Positions 29,562-40,167 of a stretch of 64,000 nucleotides of DNA are shown here, in pieces. A program made the translations under genes and the position numbers. The notes under the pieces were generated by a model that saw nothing but the letters and a program-made list of their open reading frames with translations, was not told where the DNA came from and did no database searches. Source of the DNA: an uncultured delta proteobacterium (GTDB taxonomy: Bacteria; Myxococcota; Myxococcia; Myxococcales; Myxococcaceae); the NCBI GenBank assembly GCA_963796055.1, contig CAWCKH010000003.1, forward strand, positions 288,001 through 352,000, written 5' to 3'. Positions within the stretch are counted from its first letter, which is position 1, and the number at the start of each line of letters is the position of its first letter.

Positions 29562-30386
29562 TCAGCCCTTGATGAACGCCAGCAGGTCGGCGTTGATCGT
29601 CTCTGCCTGCGTGGTGGGCATTCCGTGCGGGAAGCCCTTGTAGGTCTTCAAGGTCCCGTTCTTCAGAAGCTTCGCCGACAACGGCGCGGAATCGGCGTAG
29701 GGGACGATCTGATCGTCGTCTCCGTGCATCACCAGCACCGGGACGGTGATCTTCTTGAGATCCTCGGTGAAGTCCGTCTGGGAGAAAGCGACGATTCCGT
29801 CGTAGTGCGCCTTCGCTCCGCCCATCATTCCCTGACGCCACCAGTTCTGGATGATGGCCTCCGAGGGCTTCGCCCCGGGCCGGTTGAATCCATAGAACGG
29901 ACCCGCCGGGAGGGCCCGATAGAATTCGGAGCGATTGGCGGCGAGCTGGGCCTGGAGATCGTCGAACACCTGCATGGGAAGACCGCCTGGATTGGCAGCC
30001 GTCTTCACCATCAGCGGTGGCACGGCGCTGCAAATGGCCGCCTTGGCGACCCGGCTCTGACCGTGCCGGGCCAGGTAATGCACCACCTCGCCTCCGCCGG
30101 TGGAGTGGCCGACGTGCACGGCATTCTTCAGATCCAGGTGCGCGGTCAGCGCCGCCAGATCGTCGGCGTAGTGGTCCATGTCGTGGCCCTCGCCGGTCTG
30201 CGTGGACCGACCGTGACCGCGACGATCGTGGGCGATGACCCGAAAGCCACGGCTCACGAAGAACAGCATCTGCGCGTCCCAGTCATCGGCCGACAGCGGC
30301 CAGCCATGACTGAACACGATGGGCTGCCCCTTGCCCCAGTCCTTGTAGAAGATGTCGACGCCGTCCTTGGTGGTGACCTTGCCCAT
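29562..30386 (-). CDS. Non-heme haloperoxidase / alpha-beta hydrolase
   Basis: [32 protein letters not shown]. Confidence 0.93.
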   Translation of the reverse strand: MGKVTTKDGVDIFYKDWGKGQPIVFSHGWPLSADDWDAQMLFFVSRGFRVIAHDRRGHGRSTQTGEGHDMDHYADDLAALTAHLDLKNAVHVGHSTGGGEVVHYLARHGQSRVAKAAICSAVPPLMVKTAANPGGLPMQVFDDLQAQLAANRSEFYRALPAGPFYGFNRPGAKPSEAIIQNWWRQGMMGGAKAHYDGIVAFSQTDFTEDLKKITVPVLVMHGDDDQIVPYADSAPLSAKLLKNGTLKTYKGFPHGMPTTQAETINADLLAFIKG

Positions 30387-30616
30387 GGCTCGTTCCTTGG
30401 ATTTGGGTTGGCGCGCGTGAATCCCAGCAGCGCAGTGGCCAGATGCAGGCCGGCGAACGCCTCCGCCACCTGATTCACGCTCCAAGGTCCGAGACGTCTC
30501 GAATCCGTCGCTTCTAGAGTCGAACGCGAATCACGACACCGTGTCATTTCTCGTGCCACGCAAACGGGCGGGTTGGTGCCGAGGAGTGTTCTCGCTTCCC
30601 GGGACCCGGAGGCCGG

Positions 30617-31024
30617 TCAGAGGTAGCGGCTCTCACGGGGAGCCTCCTCCCAGCGATTCTCCCGTCCGTTCTCGTACCGGACGGGTAACGCGGCGAGCTC
30701 GTCGGGACTGAGATCGTCGAGACAGGCGACGTTCACCGCATAGAAAGCGCCCCCCAGCGCCTCGTGCGCTCCAGTACCGAAGGTCTTCACGCCGCAGTGC
30801 CGGCAGAAGTGATGGACGATCTCCCCCCGACCGAAGCGGTACTCGCTGAGTGCATCCTTGCCCGATTCCAGACGGAAGGCGGCGGCGGGGATCACCGCCT
30901 TCCAGAAGCGCGACCTGCTACAGATCGAGCAGTTGCAGCGGCTGGTCCCGCGGCTCCAGTCGATGGAGGAGACGAAGCGGACCGCGCCGCAGTGACAGCC
31001 TCCCCGATGCTCTCGTGGCGACAT
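30617..31024 (-). CDS. GFA (CENP-V) family protein
   Basis: GGCHCGAVRF, CNCSIC, HFCRHCG, NVACL. Confidence 0.9.
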   Translation of the reverse strand: MSPREHRGGCHCGAVRFVSSIDWSRGTSRCNCSICSRSRFWKAVIPAAAFRLESGKDALSEYRFGRGEIVHHFCRHCGVKTFGTGAHEALGGAFYAVNVACLDDLSPDELAALPVRYENGRENRWEEAPRESRYL

Positions 31025-31199
31025 CGTTGACTCCTCAAGGTCGTGTTTGTTCTGAGACCCCGAACAACCCGCGTATTCATCGGTCTCTCCTTCGGCGCCC
31101 GGGCAGCAGCCTGGGCAGACAAGGCTTCCCCCGGCAGCATGGCTCTCGCTCGGCACAGTAGCGCCGGCTGAAGACCGAGGCGGCACCGGGCCCGGCGCC

Positions 31200-32050
31200 T
31201 TATGGCCTCGAGTGCGGCGTGCTGGCCCACGGCTTGGCCAGGCTTGCCTGTAAGTCCTGCCGCGACGAGGTGCTGGTCCCCTTCTCGTGCAAGACGCGCG
31301 GGGTGTGCCCGTCCTGCAACGCTCGACGGGCGCAGGACACGGCCATCCACCTGACCGAGCGCGTCCTCCCGCAGGCTCCCTACCGCCAGTGGACGCTCTC
31401 CGTGCCGATGGAGGTGCGCCTTCTCCTGGCGCGTGACGCGCGGCTTCTCTCCGAGGTGCTCGGCCTCTTCGTGCGTGCGCTCTTTACCCTCCAGCGGCGC
31501 ACGGCCCGTCGGCTGGGCATCGGGAGGCCCCTCGTCGGTGCGGTGGCCTTCGTCCAGCGCTTTGGCTCAACCCTCCAGCTGACGCCGCACCTCCACGTCC
31601 TCCTCCCCGATGTCGTCTTCGAGGAGGTCCCCGGGAGCGGGACACGGCTTCGGCTCTGTGGCCTACCACCGCCCAGTGACGAGGAGGTGGAGAGCCTGGC
31701 CGCCACCGTTGCCCGCCGCGTCCTTGAGCCACTCCGCAACGGTGGCGCCGTGGAGGAACACGAGGTCCCTTCTGATGAAGCGCAGGACCTCCTTTGGCTC
31801 GAGGCAGTGCAGCCGCGACGGAGACGCACCTCGTCCTCCCGCCGGTGGCCTTCCTTCGCCGTCTCGCCGCGCTCGTCCCGCCCCCGAAGTCCAACCTCGT
31901 CCGCTACTTCGGCGTCTTTGCTCCCAATGCCAGAGTACGCGCTCGCGTCGTCCCTACGCCTTCGTCTCAGCCCGACCCGTCCGGCGCCGCATCCTGCCCG
32001 AAGTCACCCAAGCCGCCGCCCTCCCGACCGCCCCGCCGCCCCATCCCCTG
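31200..32050 (+). pseudogene. IS91-family (HUH) transposase, 5'-truncated, internally deleted and frameshifted
   Basis: Zn finger LECG..AHG...CKSC...SCKTRGVCPSC; RQWTLS.P; QRFG...PHLH; after a frame change LAALVPPP..NLVRYFGVFAPN; the segment expected to carry the catalytic Tyr is missing. Confidence 0.85.
32020..32050 (+). repeat. 31-bp direct repeat, copy 1
   Basis: cctcccgaccgccccgccgccccatcccctg, identical to 39407-39437. Confidence 0.9.
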
Positions 32051-32124
32051 CATCACGATGCCCGAGATGCTCCGTCTCCAGGGCGCTGGCTTCTCGGACG
32101 CGGAAGTGATCTACGGGGACCTGG

Positions 32125-32861
32125 ATGACCAAGGTCGCGCTCGCAACGCCGAACCCGGAACGCGCGTTCTACAGCGGGCTCACGGTCTTCATGGCCCTGG
32201 TCGTCTTCGCCGGCTTCGCACGGACCTATTACCTCCGACCGCTGCTTCCTGCCCCTGCACTCGCCGGTCAGCTGCCGGTCACCGGTCTCATCCACGTTCA
32301 CGCTCTCCTCTTCAGCGTTGGATGGTGCTGCTCGTCGTCCAGGCGCGCCTGGTGGCGACGGGGAGAGTTCCGCTCCACCGGCGCCTCGGGCTCGCCGGCG
32401 TGGCGCTCGCCGTCCTGATGCTCGGGGTCGGCACCGTCACCGCGCTGCAGGCCGTGGGGCGGGGTGTCTCGCCACCAGGCCTCGACGCCCGGCGCTTCCT
32501 GGTGGTTCCGCTCTTCGCCCTGCTGGTCTTCGCCGTCCTCTTCGCCGCGGCGGTCGTCGCCCGGCGCCGTCCGCAGGCGCACAAGCGGTTGATGCTGCTG
32601 GCGACCATCGGACTGCTGCCCCCCGCCCTGGCCCGATGGTTGATCTTCTATCTCGGGCTCGGTCCGCCGGTGGTCCTCGGGGTCACCACCCTGTTCCTCG
32701 TCCCGCTGGTGGTGTGGGACCTGAGCATGCGCAGGCGGCTTCACCCGGCCACGCTCTGGGGTGGCCTGTTCGTGGTGCTCTCGGTTCCCGCGCGCCTGGC
32801 CATCGCCTTCACCCCTGGCTGGCTGGGCCTCGCCGACCGGCTGACCTCGCTGGTCCGATGA
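32125..32861 (+). pseudogene. Multi-pass membrane protein with a frameshift near 32318
   Basis: Frame 1 ...HVHALLFS continues in another frame as WMVLLVVQ..HRRLG...HKRLML...RRRLHPAT. Confidence 0.65.
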
Positions 32862-32949
32862 GGTCCAAGCCGCTCGGCGAGCAGCTCATCGCCCTCGCCC
32901 CGGAGGTCGTGGCGAAGCCCTCGCTCCTCGACCGCCCGCGCGCCGGTCT

Positions 32950-35900
32950 CTAGCGCTCGGCATCTCCGGCGGGGACGATCCGCGGCGTCGACGGACGCTC
33001 GGGCTCGTCCTCCGGCTCGGCCTTCGCTCCGATGCGAGCGAACCAGGGATAGAGGCTGGGGAGGATGAGCAGCGTGAGGAGGGTCGAGGTCACCAGCCCG
33101 CCGACCACCACCGTCGCCAGCGGCCGCTGCACCTCGGCGCCCACGCCGCTGGCGAGCATCATCGGCACGAAGCCCAGGGCGGCGACGAGCGCGGTCATCA
33201 GCACCGGACGGGCCCGCTCCTTCGCCGCACCCACGGCCGCAGCACCCGGCAGGAGGCCCGACTCCTCCAGCGCCAGCAAGCGAGACATGAGGACCACGCC
33301 GTTGAGCACCGCGATGCCGGAGAGCGCGATGAACCCCACCGCGGCGGAGATCGACACCGGCATGCCGCGCAGCGCGAGCACCAGCATCCCGCCCACCGAG
33401 GCGAACGGGACGTTGAGGAAGATCAGCAGTGCCGGGCGCAGCTTCCGGAAGGCGTAGAGGAGCACCGCCATGATCAGGACCATCACCACCGGGATGACGA
33501 TCAAGAGGCGTCGCTTCGCGTCCACCAGGGTCTCGTACTGGCCACCCCAGTCGAGACGGTAGCCGCGCGGCAGCTTCAGCTCGCCGGCCACCAGCGTCTC
33601 GGCCTGCTTCACCACCGAGCCCAGGTCGGCGCCGCGGACGTTGAAGCCGACGACGATGCGCCGCTCTCCGTTCTGCCGAGAGACGAGGCTCGGCGAGGTG
33701 GTCATCTCCACGTCGGCGACGCGCCCCAGCGGCACCAGGCCCCCGCTCGGAGCGGGGATGGACAGGTCGCCCAGCGTGAAGGCGTTGGCCCCTCCCCCCA
33801 GCCGAAGCAGGATGGGGACCCGCAGCGGCCCGTCGTACGTCGCTCCCACCTCCACACCGGTCCGGATCGACTGGACGGCCTCGAGCAGGTTCTTCACCGT
33901 GAACCCGGCCCGCGAGGCGTCCAGCGGTCGCGGCCGTACCTCCAGCAGCGAGACCGCCGGCGGTGCGATCACCCGGGTGTCGACGGCGCCGGGGACCCGT
34001 CCCACCACCTCCGCGGTGCGCGCCGCCAGCCGGCTCAGCTCCGCCAGGTCGTCGCCATAGATGGAGATGGCGACGTCGGCGACCGAGCCGCCCAGCAGCT
34101 CGTTGAAGCGCATCTGGATCGGCTGGGTGAACGAGATCTCGGCGCTGGCGTTGATCGACTTCGCTGCCCGGTCGATCTCCGCGATGATCCGGGCCTTGTC
34201 GACCCCCGGTCGCCAGCTGTGCCGAGGCCTGAGCAGCACGAAGACATCCGCCTGCTCGAGTCCCATGATGTCGGTGGCCACCGCCGGGCTGCCGATGCGG
34301 GAGACCACCTCCTTCACCTCCGGGACCTTCTGCATCATCACCGCCTCGAGCTTCCCTGCCTCGGAGACGGCGGTGTCAAGCGAGATGTCCGCCGCCCGCG
34401 TCACCTGCGCCACCAGGTCCCCCTCGTCGAGCTGCGGGACGAACTCGCTTCCCGCCCGGGCGAAGAAGAGCCCCCCGAGCGCGAGGAGCACCGCGGAGCT
34501 GGCGGCCACCACCCAGGGGCGGGCCTCCGCGGCGCGAAGGAGCGGCCGGTAGCCCCGCTCGATCCACCTCACCAGGAACGGAGCACGGTCCGGGACGTCC
34601 CTCGGCCCGAGGAAGAGCGCGGTCGCCGCCGGGACGAAGGTGAGCGAGAGCACCAGCGAGGTCGCCAGGGCGAAGACCACGGTCAGCGCCATCGGCCGGA
34701 ACATCTTGCCGTCCACTCCGGTGAGGGACAGGACCGGCAGGTAGACCAGCAGGATGATCAGCACCGAGAAGAAGACCGGCTCGGCCACCGTCCCGGCCAC
34801 CTGCTCGACGTGACGGACCCAGAGCGCCCGGCGACGCTTGCGGTCCTGGAGCGGGTAGGCGGACCGGTCGAAGCCGTGGAAGACCGCCTCCACCATCACC
34901 ACCGCGCCGTCGACGATGAGGCCGAAATCCAGCGCGCCGAGCGACATCAGATTCCCGGGCACGTCGAAGGCCACCATCGCCGCGGTGGCGCCGAGCATGG
35001 AGAGCGGGATGGCGGAGGCGACCAGCAGCCCCGCCCGCCAGCTGCCGAGCATCAGGAAGAGCACCGCCCCCACCAGCAGCCCGCCCTCGAGCAGGTTCTT
35101 GAAGACCGTGCGGAGCGTGCCGGTGACCAGCGTGCTCCGGTCGTAGACCACGTCGACGAAGACGTCCTCCGGGACGGCCTTGCGGACCTCGACCATCTGC
35201 TTCTTCAGCCGCTTCATCACGTTCAGCGCGTTCTCGCCGCGGAGCATCTGCGCCATCACGTAGACGGTCTCGCCCTTGCCGTTCTCGCTCGCCGCGCCGA
35301 TGCGGGTGGAGGAGCCCATCGCGATGTCGGCCACCTCGGCGAGACGGACCGGGTTGGCGTCGGAGTCGCGCCTGGACACCAGCGCGTAGCCGAGGTCGCC
35401 GGCGGTCCGGGGCAAGGCCACCGCGCGGAGCAGGGTCTGGCCCGAGCCCGCGGGGAGAGCCGCACCCGGCGCGGTGCCCGTGGCGCTGGCCAGCGCATCC
35501 TGCACGTCCTGCAGCGTGAGCCCACGGGCGGCGAGGCGCATCGGGTCGGCCTTCACCTCGAGCACCCGCTGCTCTCCGCCCCAGGTGTTCACCTCCACCA
35601 CGCCGCGGACGCTGCGCAGCATCGGGGCCACCTTGAACTGGGCGATCTCCAGCAGCTCGGAGGGGCTGCGGCGCGGGGAGTCGAGAGTGAAGTGAAAGAT
35701 CTCGCCCAGGCCACCGGTGACCGGGCCGAGCTCGGGCGGCGAGACGCCGGCGGGAAAGGACAGGCCGTTGAGCCGCTCCTGGACGATCTGCCGGGCCCGG
35801 TACACGTCGAGGCCGTCCACGAAGACCGCGGTCACCGCCGAGATGCCGTAGCGTGACAGGCTCCGTTGCTCCACCAGCCCGGGCAGGCCCCCCATCGCCA

Positions 35901-36111
35901 CCTCTATCGGGCGGCTGACCAGCCGCTCCACCTCCTCGGGGGTGAGACCCGGGGCGCGGGTGAGCACCAGCACCTGGTTGTTGGTGGTGTCGGGAAGGGC
36001 GTCGAACTTGAGGAGCGCGCCCACCAGCGCGCCCACCACCATCAGCGCCAGCGTGGTGCCGACCACCAGGACGCGGTGGCGAACCGACCAGCCGACGAAG
36101 GCCTGGATCAC
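32950..36111 (-). CDS. czcA: CzcA/CusA family heavy-metal RND efflux permease
   Basis: DALPD, GLGEIF, NLMSLGALDFGLIVDGAVV, GFIALSGIAVLNG, RPVLMTA, GAEVQRPLATVVVGG. Confidence 0.92.
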   Translation of the reverse strand: MIQAFVGWSVRHRVLVVGTTLALMVVGALVGALLKFDALPDTTNNQVLVLTRAPGLTPEEVERLVSRPIEVAMGGLPGLVEQRSLSRYGISAVTAVFVDGLDVYRARQIVQERLNGLSFPAGVSPPELGPVTGGLGEIFHFTLDSPRRSPSELLEIAQFKVAPMLRSVRGVVEVNTWGGEQRVLEVKADPMRLAARGLTLQDVQDALASATGTAPGAALPAGSGQTLLRAVALPRTAGDLGYALVSRRDSDANPVRLAEVADIAMGSSTRIGAASENGKGETVYVMAQMLRGENALNVMKRLKKQMVEVRKAVPEDVFVDVVYDRSTLVTGTLRTVFKNLLEGGLLVGAVLFLMLGSWRAGLLVASAIPLSMLGATAAMVAFDVPGNLMSLGALDFGLIVDGAVVMVEAVFHGFDRSAYPLQDRKRRRALWVRHVEQVAGTVAEPVFFSVLIILLVYLPVLSLTGVDGKMFRPMALTVVFALATSLVLSLTFVPAATALFLGPRDVPDRAPFLVRWIERGYRPLLRAAEARPWVVAASSAVLLALGGLFFARAGSEFVPQLDEGDLVAQVTRAADISLDTAVSEAGKLEAVMMQKVPEVKEVVSRIGSPAVATDIMGLEQADVFVLLRPRHSWRPGVDKARIIAEIDRAAKSINASAEISFTQPIQMRFNELLGGSVADVAISIYGDDLAELSRLAARTAEVVGRVPGAVDTRVIAPPAVSLLEVRPRPLDASRAGFTVKNLLEAVQSIRTGVEVGATYDGPLRVPILLRLGGGANAFTLGDLSIPAPSGGLVPLGRVADVEMTTSPSLVSRQNGERRIVVGFNVRGADLGSVVKQAETLVAGELKLPRGYRLDWGGQYETLVDAKRRLLIVIPVVMVLIMAVLLYAFRKLRPALLIFLNVPFASVGGMLVLALRGMPVSISAAVGFIALSGIAVLNGVVLMSRLLALEESGLLPGAAAVGAAKERARPVLMTALVAALGFVPMMLASGVGAEVQRPLATVVVGGLVTSTLLTLLILPSLYPWFARIGAKAEPEDEPERPSTPRIVPAGDAER

Positions 36112-37223
36112 TGCCCCTTCTCCGGCGGCGGCGACGCCGTGGCGGGCGCCTCGGCCAGCGCCGCATCGGCGGCCACCTCCTCGCCGACCGCGATTCCCTT
36201 CACCAGCGCCTCTGCGCCGGAGCTGGCGATGACCTCGACCGGAACCCGCTCCGGCTTGCCGTTCCTCCGCGCGACGACGAAGGCTTTCCCCGCCGAGAGC
36301 CCCACCCCCCGCGTCGGGACCACCGCGACATGCGCGGCGCCGGGGAGCGTCACCACCACCCGGCCGGTGAGGCCCGGCTGGAGCTCGGTGCCCTTCTCGG
36401 GGACGAGCCAGACGGAGATCGTGCCGTCGCGCGGGTCCATCACCGGCGCCCGGGCGACGAAGGTGAGGAGATGGTGGCCGCCGCTGGAGGTGATCAGCTC
36501 GAAGGCCGCGTTCTCGGTGTCCACGGGCCGGGCGAAGCGCGCCTCGACCCGCGAGTCGCCCTCCCCGGCGACGCGGACCACCGGGTCTCCGGTGGGCTCC
36601 CGGCTGTCCCCCACCGCGACGCCGACCGCGGTGACCATCCCGGCGATGGGGCTGCGCAGGCAGACCGGCTTCTTGCCGGACACGATGCCGGCAGCCTCGG
36701 CCGGCTCGATCTGCGCGACGCGAAGCGTGGCCGCCGCGGATTGCTGGTCGGCGCGGGCCTCCGCCAGCTTGGTCTCGGCCTCCAGCACGTCGACCAAGCG
36801 GACCAGCCCCTGGGACTTGAGCGCGTCGAGCTGGGCCTTGCGGCGGCCGTAGGCGTCGACCCGGGTGGAGGCGGCAGCATAGGCGCCGGCGGCGGTCGAG
36901 ACCTCCGGCATCACCACCTCGACCAGCGGCTGACCCTTGGTCACGCGCTCGCCCGGGCGAACCAGGACCTGGATGACCCGCGCGCGGTAGGGCGGGACCA
37001 CGCCGGCCTGCCCCTGCGGAGACGGCAGCACCTGGGCCGGCGCCTCGAGGAGCGGAACACCCTCGCTGGAGCGGGCCAGGACCCACGGCGTGCGCGCGCT
37101 GGGGATGGGCGGCTCCTCCTCGGGGGCGGCACTTTGCTTCCCGCAGCCCGAGGACCCGGCCGCCGCGGCCGCGACCAGGAGCATTCTCACCAGGGCGGCG
37201 GCGGCGTTCCGGAGTCTCCTCAC
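36108..37223 (-). CDS. RND efflux periplasmic adaptor (CzcB-like)
   Basis: Lipoprotein signal SSGC; V.PGERVTKGQPL; LRSPIAG; GTGA overlap with czcA. Confidence 0.85.
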   Translation of the reverse strand: MRRLRNAAAALVRMLLVAAAAAGSSGCGKQSAAPEEEPPIPSARTPWVLARSSEGVPLLEAPAQVLPSPQGQAGVVPPYRARVIQVLVRPGERVTKGQPLVEVVMPEVSTAAGAYAAASTRVDAYGRRKAQLDALKSQGLVRLVDVLEAETKLAEARADQQSAAATLRVAQIEPAEAAGIVSGKKPVCLRSPIAGMVTAVGVAVGDSREPTGDPVVRVAGEGDSRVEARFARPVDTENAAFELITSSGGHHLLTFVARAPVMDPRDGTISVWLVPEKGTELQPGLTGRVVVTLPGAAHVAVVPTRGVGLSAGKAFVVARRNGKPERVPVEVIASSGAEALVKGIAVGEEVAADAALAEAPATASPPPEKGQ

Positions 37224-38539
37224 TTCGTGCCTCCCAGCGTGAGGTCCGCGAGCAGCATCCACACCTTGACCTGTGCCCAGGCGTGCGAGGCCAGCGCCCG
37301 GGTGCGCCGGGCACGCGCCACGGCCCATGCCCGGCGGGCGACCAGGACCTCGAGCACCGTGGTCTCTCCGGCTTGCATCGAGGCCTCCCGGACGCGGGCG
37401 CCCTCGGCAGCGGCGGGGAGGAGCTCGGTCTCGACGGCGGCCAGGACCTCGCCGGCGTGCTCCACCTCGTGAAGTGCCCGCGTGAGCTCGGTGGCGGCCA
37501 CCTGCAGGGCCTCGCGGTGCTCTCCCTCCGAGCGCAGCGCCGCGGCAGCCTGCGCCGCGGCCTCGCGTTCGCCACGGTCGAAGACCGGGACCGAGACCTC
37601 GAGCACGGCCTGCACGCCCCAGGTCGCCAGGTAGTCCCGGGTCCCCTTCACGCCGGTGCCCAGCCCCCAGCCCCTGGCGGAGCGGAGCTCCACGTCCCTG
37701 GCGCGCTCGGCGTCTCCGGCGACCTTGCGAGCGACCACCGGGGGGAGCTTGCCGGCGGCCTCGAGGAGCGCCGGCCAGTCGGATCGCAGAGGTGCGGGAG
37801 GCGAGGGAAGCGGGCCGGAGGCGACCAGCGACCGCTCCGCGCCCTGTCCCATGCTCACCGCCAGCTGGAAGCCACGATCCACCACCTCTCCCTCGGCGGC
37901 GATGGCCAGGACGTGGGCTTCCGCCGCGTAGGTGGCGGCGTCGGCGGCCTCGGCGCGGGTGAAGGCGGCGGCCGCCGCGGCGTGGGCCATGCGGGACGAG
38001 AACTCGCGGGCGAGCTCCGATTCCTGCAACGCATCGGCGAGCGACTGCTGTGCGGCCCACAGCTCCATCCAGGCCTGGGCCGCGGCGAGCCGGTGAGAGA
38101 GAGCGGCTGCCCGGGCCTCCGCGGCGAGCACCGCGCCCTCGGCGGCGATCGAGGCCTTGCGGTTGCCCGGAAGCCCGGAGAGGTTCCAGGACTGCATCAG
38201 CGTGGTCTCGCCGAAGAACTTCCACTGATCGTCGAGCGGGTCCTTGGCCGCCCCTGGCTGGACCGTCAGCGTGGGGTTGGCGATCATCGACGAGACGGAC
38301 TGGCCGACGCGCCGCTGCTCGTCGACCGCCGCCTCGGCGCCGAGCACGGCCGGAGCGAGTGCGGCGAGCCCGAGGGCCTGGTCGAAGGTGACCGGCGTCC
38401 CTGGCGGGTGCTGGATCACGTGAGGCTCGCTCCGAACGGCGGACGGCTGACCGGAGGCGGGGCTGGCCAGCGCCTGCGAGGCCGCGAGCGCGAGCAGCCA
38501 CGGCTTCAGCGAGCGCGCGGCCTTTCCTCGACGGAGCAT
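37220..38539 (-). CDS. TolC family outer-membrane factor (CzcC-like)
   Basis: Signal peptide; VPVFDRG; AGETTVLEVL; overlaps the adaptor gene. Confidence 0.85.
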   Translation of the reverse strand: MLRRGKAARSLKPWLLALAASQALASPASGQPSAVRSEPHVIQHPPGTPVTFDQALGLAALAPAVLGAEAAVDEQRRVGQSVSSMIANPTLTVQPGAAKDPLDDQWKFFGETTLMQSWNLSGLPGNRKASIAAEGAVLAAEARAAALSHRLAAAQAWMELWAAQQSLADALQESELAREFSSRMAHAAAAAAFTRAEAADAATYAAEAHVLAIAAEGEVVDRGFQLAVSMGQGAERSLVASGPLPSPPAPLRSDWPALLEAAGKLPPVVARKVAGDAERARDVELRSARGWGLGTGVKGTRDYLATWGVQAVLEVSVPVFDRGEREAAAQAAAALRSEGEHREALQVAATELTRALHEVEHAGEVLAAVETELLPAAAEGARVREASMQAGETTVLEVLVARRAWAVARARRTRALASHAWAQVKVWMLLADLTLGGTK

Positions 38540-38781
38540 CCCATCCTCTACCAAAGCAATGCGCGTGCCCGAACGACCGGCGGCTCCGTGGATCGGCACG
38601 TCGCGCGCCGCCGCAACGACCCGCGGGGCAGATCCGCGTCCCCACGCCGATCCGTTCACGCCAGGTGCCGGAAACTCCGAGGCTGGAGGTGGAGACGCGA
38701 CGCAGAGGACGCAGGCTTGCGCATTCCTTGCGTCCACCGTCTCCATCGGCGCACGCGCTGCAGCGCGCTCGTCATCGCCCT

Positions 38782-39340
38782 TCACTTTCCCCACCACCGG
38801 GTGCGGAAGTGCCAGGCGAGGCCACCGGCGATCAGCGCCATCGCTCCGAGCGCGATCGGGTAGCCATAGCGGGTGTGCAGCTCCGGCATCCCCTCGAAGT
38901 TCATGCCGTAGATGCCGGCGATGAGCGTCAGCGGCATGAAGATCGCCGGGATGACGGTGAGCAGGCCGAGGCGGCGGCTCGTCCTCTCTTGCAGGGCGGA
39001 TTCGTACCGGCGGTGGAGGTCGCCCGCGCGGCGATCGAGGCGGTCGATGTCATGGTCCGTGGCCCGGGTCACCTCGATCGCGATCTGGAAGGTCCCCGCC
39101 AGACGGCTCAGCGGCAGCGTCTCGAGGTTGCTGGCCTTCAGGACCTCGAGCACTGCGAGCTCCTCGTCCACGACGCCGCCCAGCGTGAGCACCCGGCGCT
39201 TCAGGGGCAGGATCTCTCCGAGGGAGACCGTCCAGGGATCGGAATCCATCCGGTCGGTGAGCGCGTCCCCCTCGGCGCGGAGGGCCACCACCTGCCGTCC
39301 CAGGCGCGCGGCATGGACCAGGGCCAGGGCGCACACCACG
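38782..39340 (-). pseudogene. CorA family Mg/Co transporter, 5'-truncated
   Basis: FMPLTLIAGIYGMNFEGMPEL, YGY, WWGK; the N-terminal part is replaced by the IS91 fragment. Confidence 0.8.
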
Positions 39341-39389
39341 CCCGCGGTCGAGCCTTCGCGGAGCTTCAGTCTGGGGAGTGGCCCCACAC

Positions 39390-39627
39390 CGAGCACCGCC
39401 GACTGTCCTCCCGACCGCCCCGCCGCCCCATCCCCTGGGCCGAGCTCCTCAAGCGGACGTTCCGCACCGACGTCCTCTGTTGCCCGCGTTGCAGAGGCAC
39501 CCGCCGAGTCGTGGCCGTCGTCCTCCGCTCCTGCACCGCCCAGGCCATCCTCGAGCACCTCCGCCTCCCCTCCAGACCGCTCCCCCTCGCTCCGGCCACC
39601 TCCCCGCCCCAGCTCGACTTCTGGTGA
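39390..39627 (+). pseudogene. IS91-family transposase C-terminal fragment
   Basis: WAELLKRTFRTDVLCCPRCRG.RRVVA.V....AILEHLRLP...PPQLDF. Confidence 0.8.
39407..39437 (+). repeat. 31-bp direct repeat, copy 2
   Basis: Identical to 32020-32050. Confidence 0.9.
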
Positions 39628-40103
39628 GCCCCGTCCAAGCCCGGAAACTCACCCGCCCTGGCCACGGGCCGCGGCCGCCCTCTACCCTCCGGCCCGTACG
39701 CGCCTCCACCCAGCGCCTCCGCCGTTACCCTTCCAGCCCCTCTCCGGGACCAGGAGACCCCCGGCTCGACCGACGTGTTCATCACGTCGACCGACGAGAC
39801 CGGCGCCGCGGTCAGCCACCCGCTCGGCACGTTTCCCCGCACCCGTAAGGTGGCCGCGCCGGCGACGGCGATGAACGCGGTCACCGGCGTCACCTGCGGT
39901 GCGCCCGACGGCACACGCACCGAGCTCCACGCGGTCTCCGGTCGCGACGAGGTGATCTTGCTCCAGCTCAAGATCGATCCTGGATCCAGCCGCGATCCGA
40001 TGGCGCGCCGCGAGGTGACGCGCATCGCCGCGCCGCCGGGCGCGAGAGGCTATCGGCTCGTAACCGCGCGAGATCGCTCGCAGAAAGAAATCTGCCTCGC
40101 GGT

Positions 40104-40130
40104 TGTCGATCCGGCGGCGCGCCGATCGTC
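40104..40130 (+). promoter_or_regulatory. ECF42-type promoter
   Basis: TGTCGA-N17-CGTC upstream of YciI; the same motif precedes the second YciI. Confidence 0.7.
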
Positions 40131-40167
40131 GCTCGGATGCAGCAACCGAGTCAGAAGGAGACACGCG

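Noticed and set aside
30543..30558. TGGCACG -24 box upstream of the haloperoxidase
   Set aside because: The -12 position is GA rather than GC
29300..31200. Third tRNA-Gly att copy marking the left limit of the accessory region
   Set aside because: Searched by eye and not found; the left boundary stays undefined
39775..40167. N-terminal extension of the YciI ORF (273 aa in the track)
   Set aside because: The RBS and ECF42 promoter place the real start at 40168; the upstream frame is an unrelated fragment
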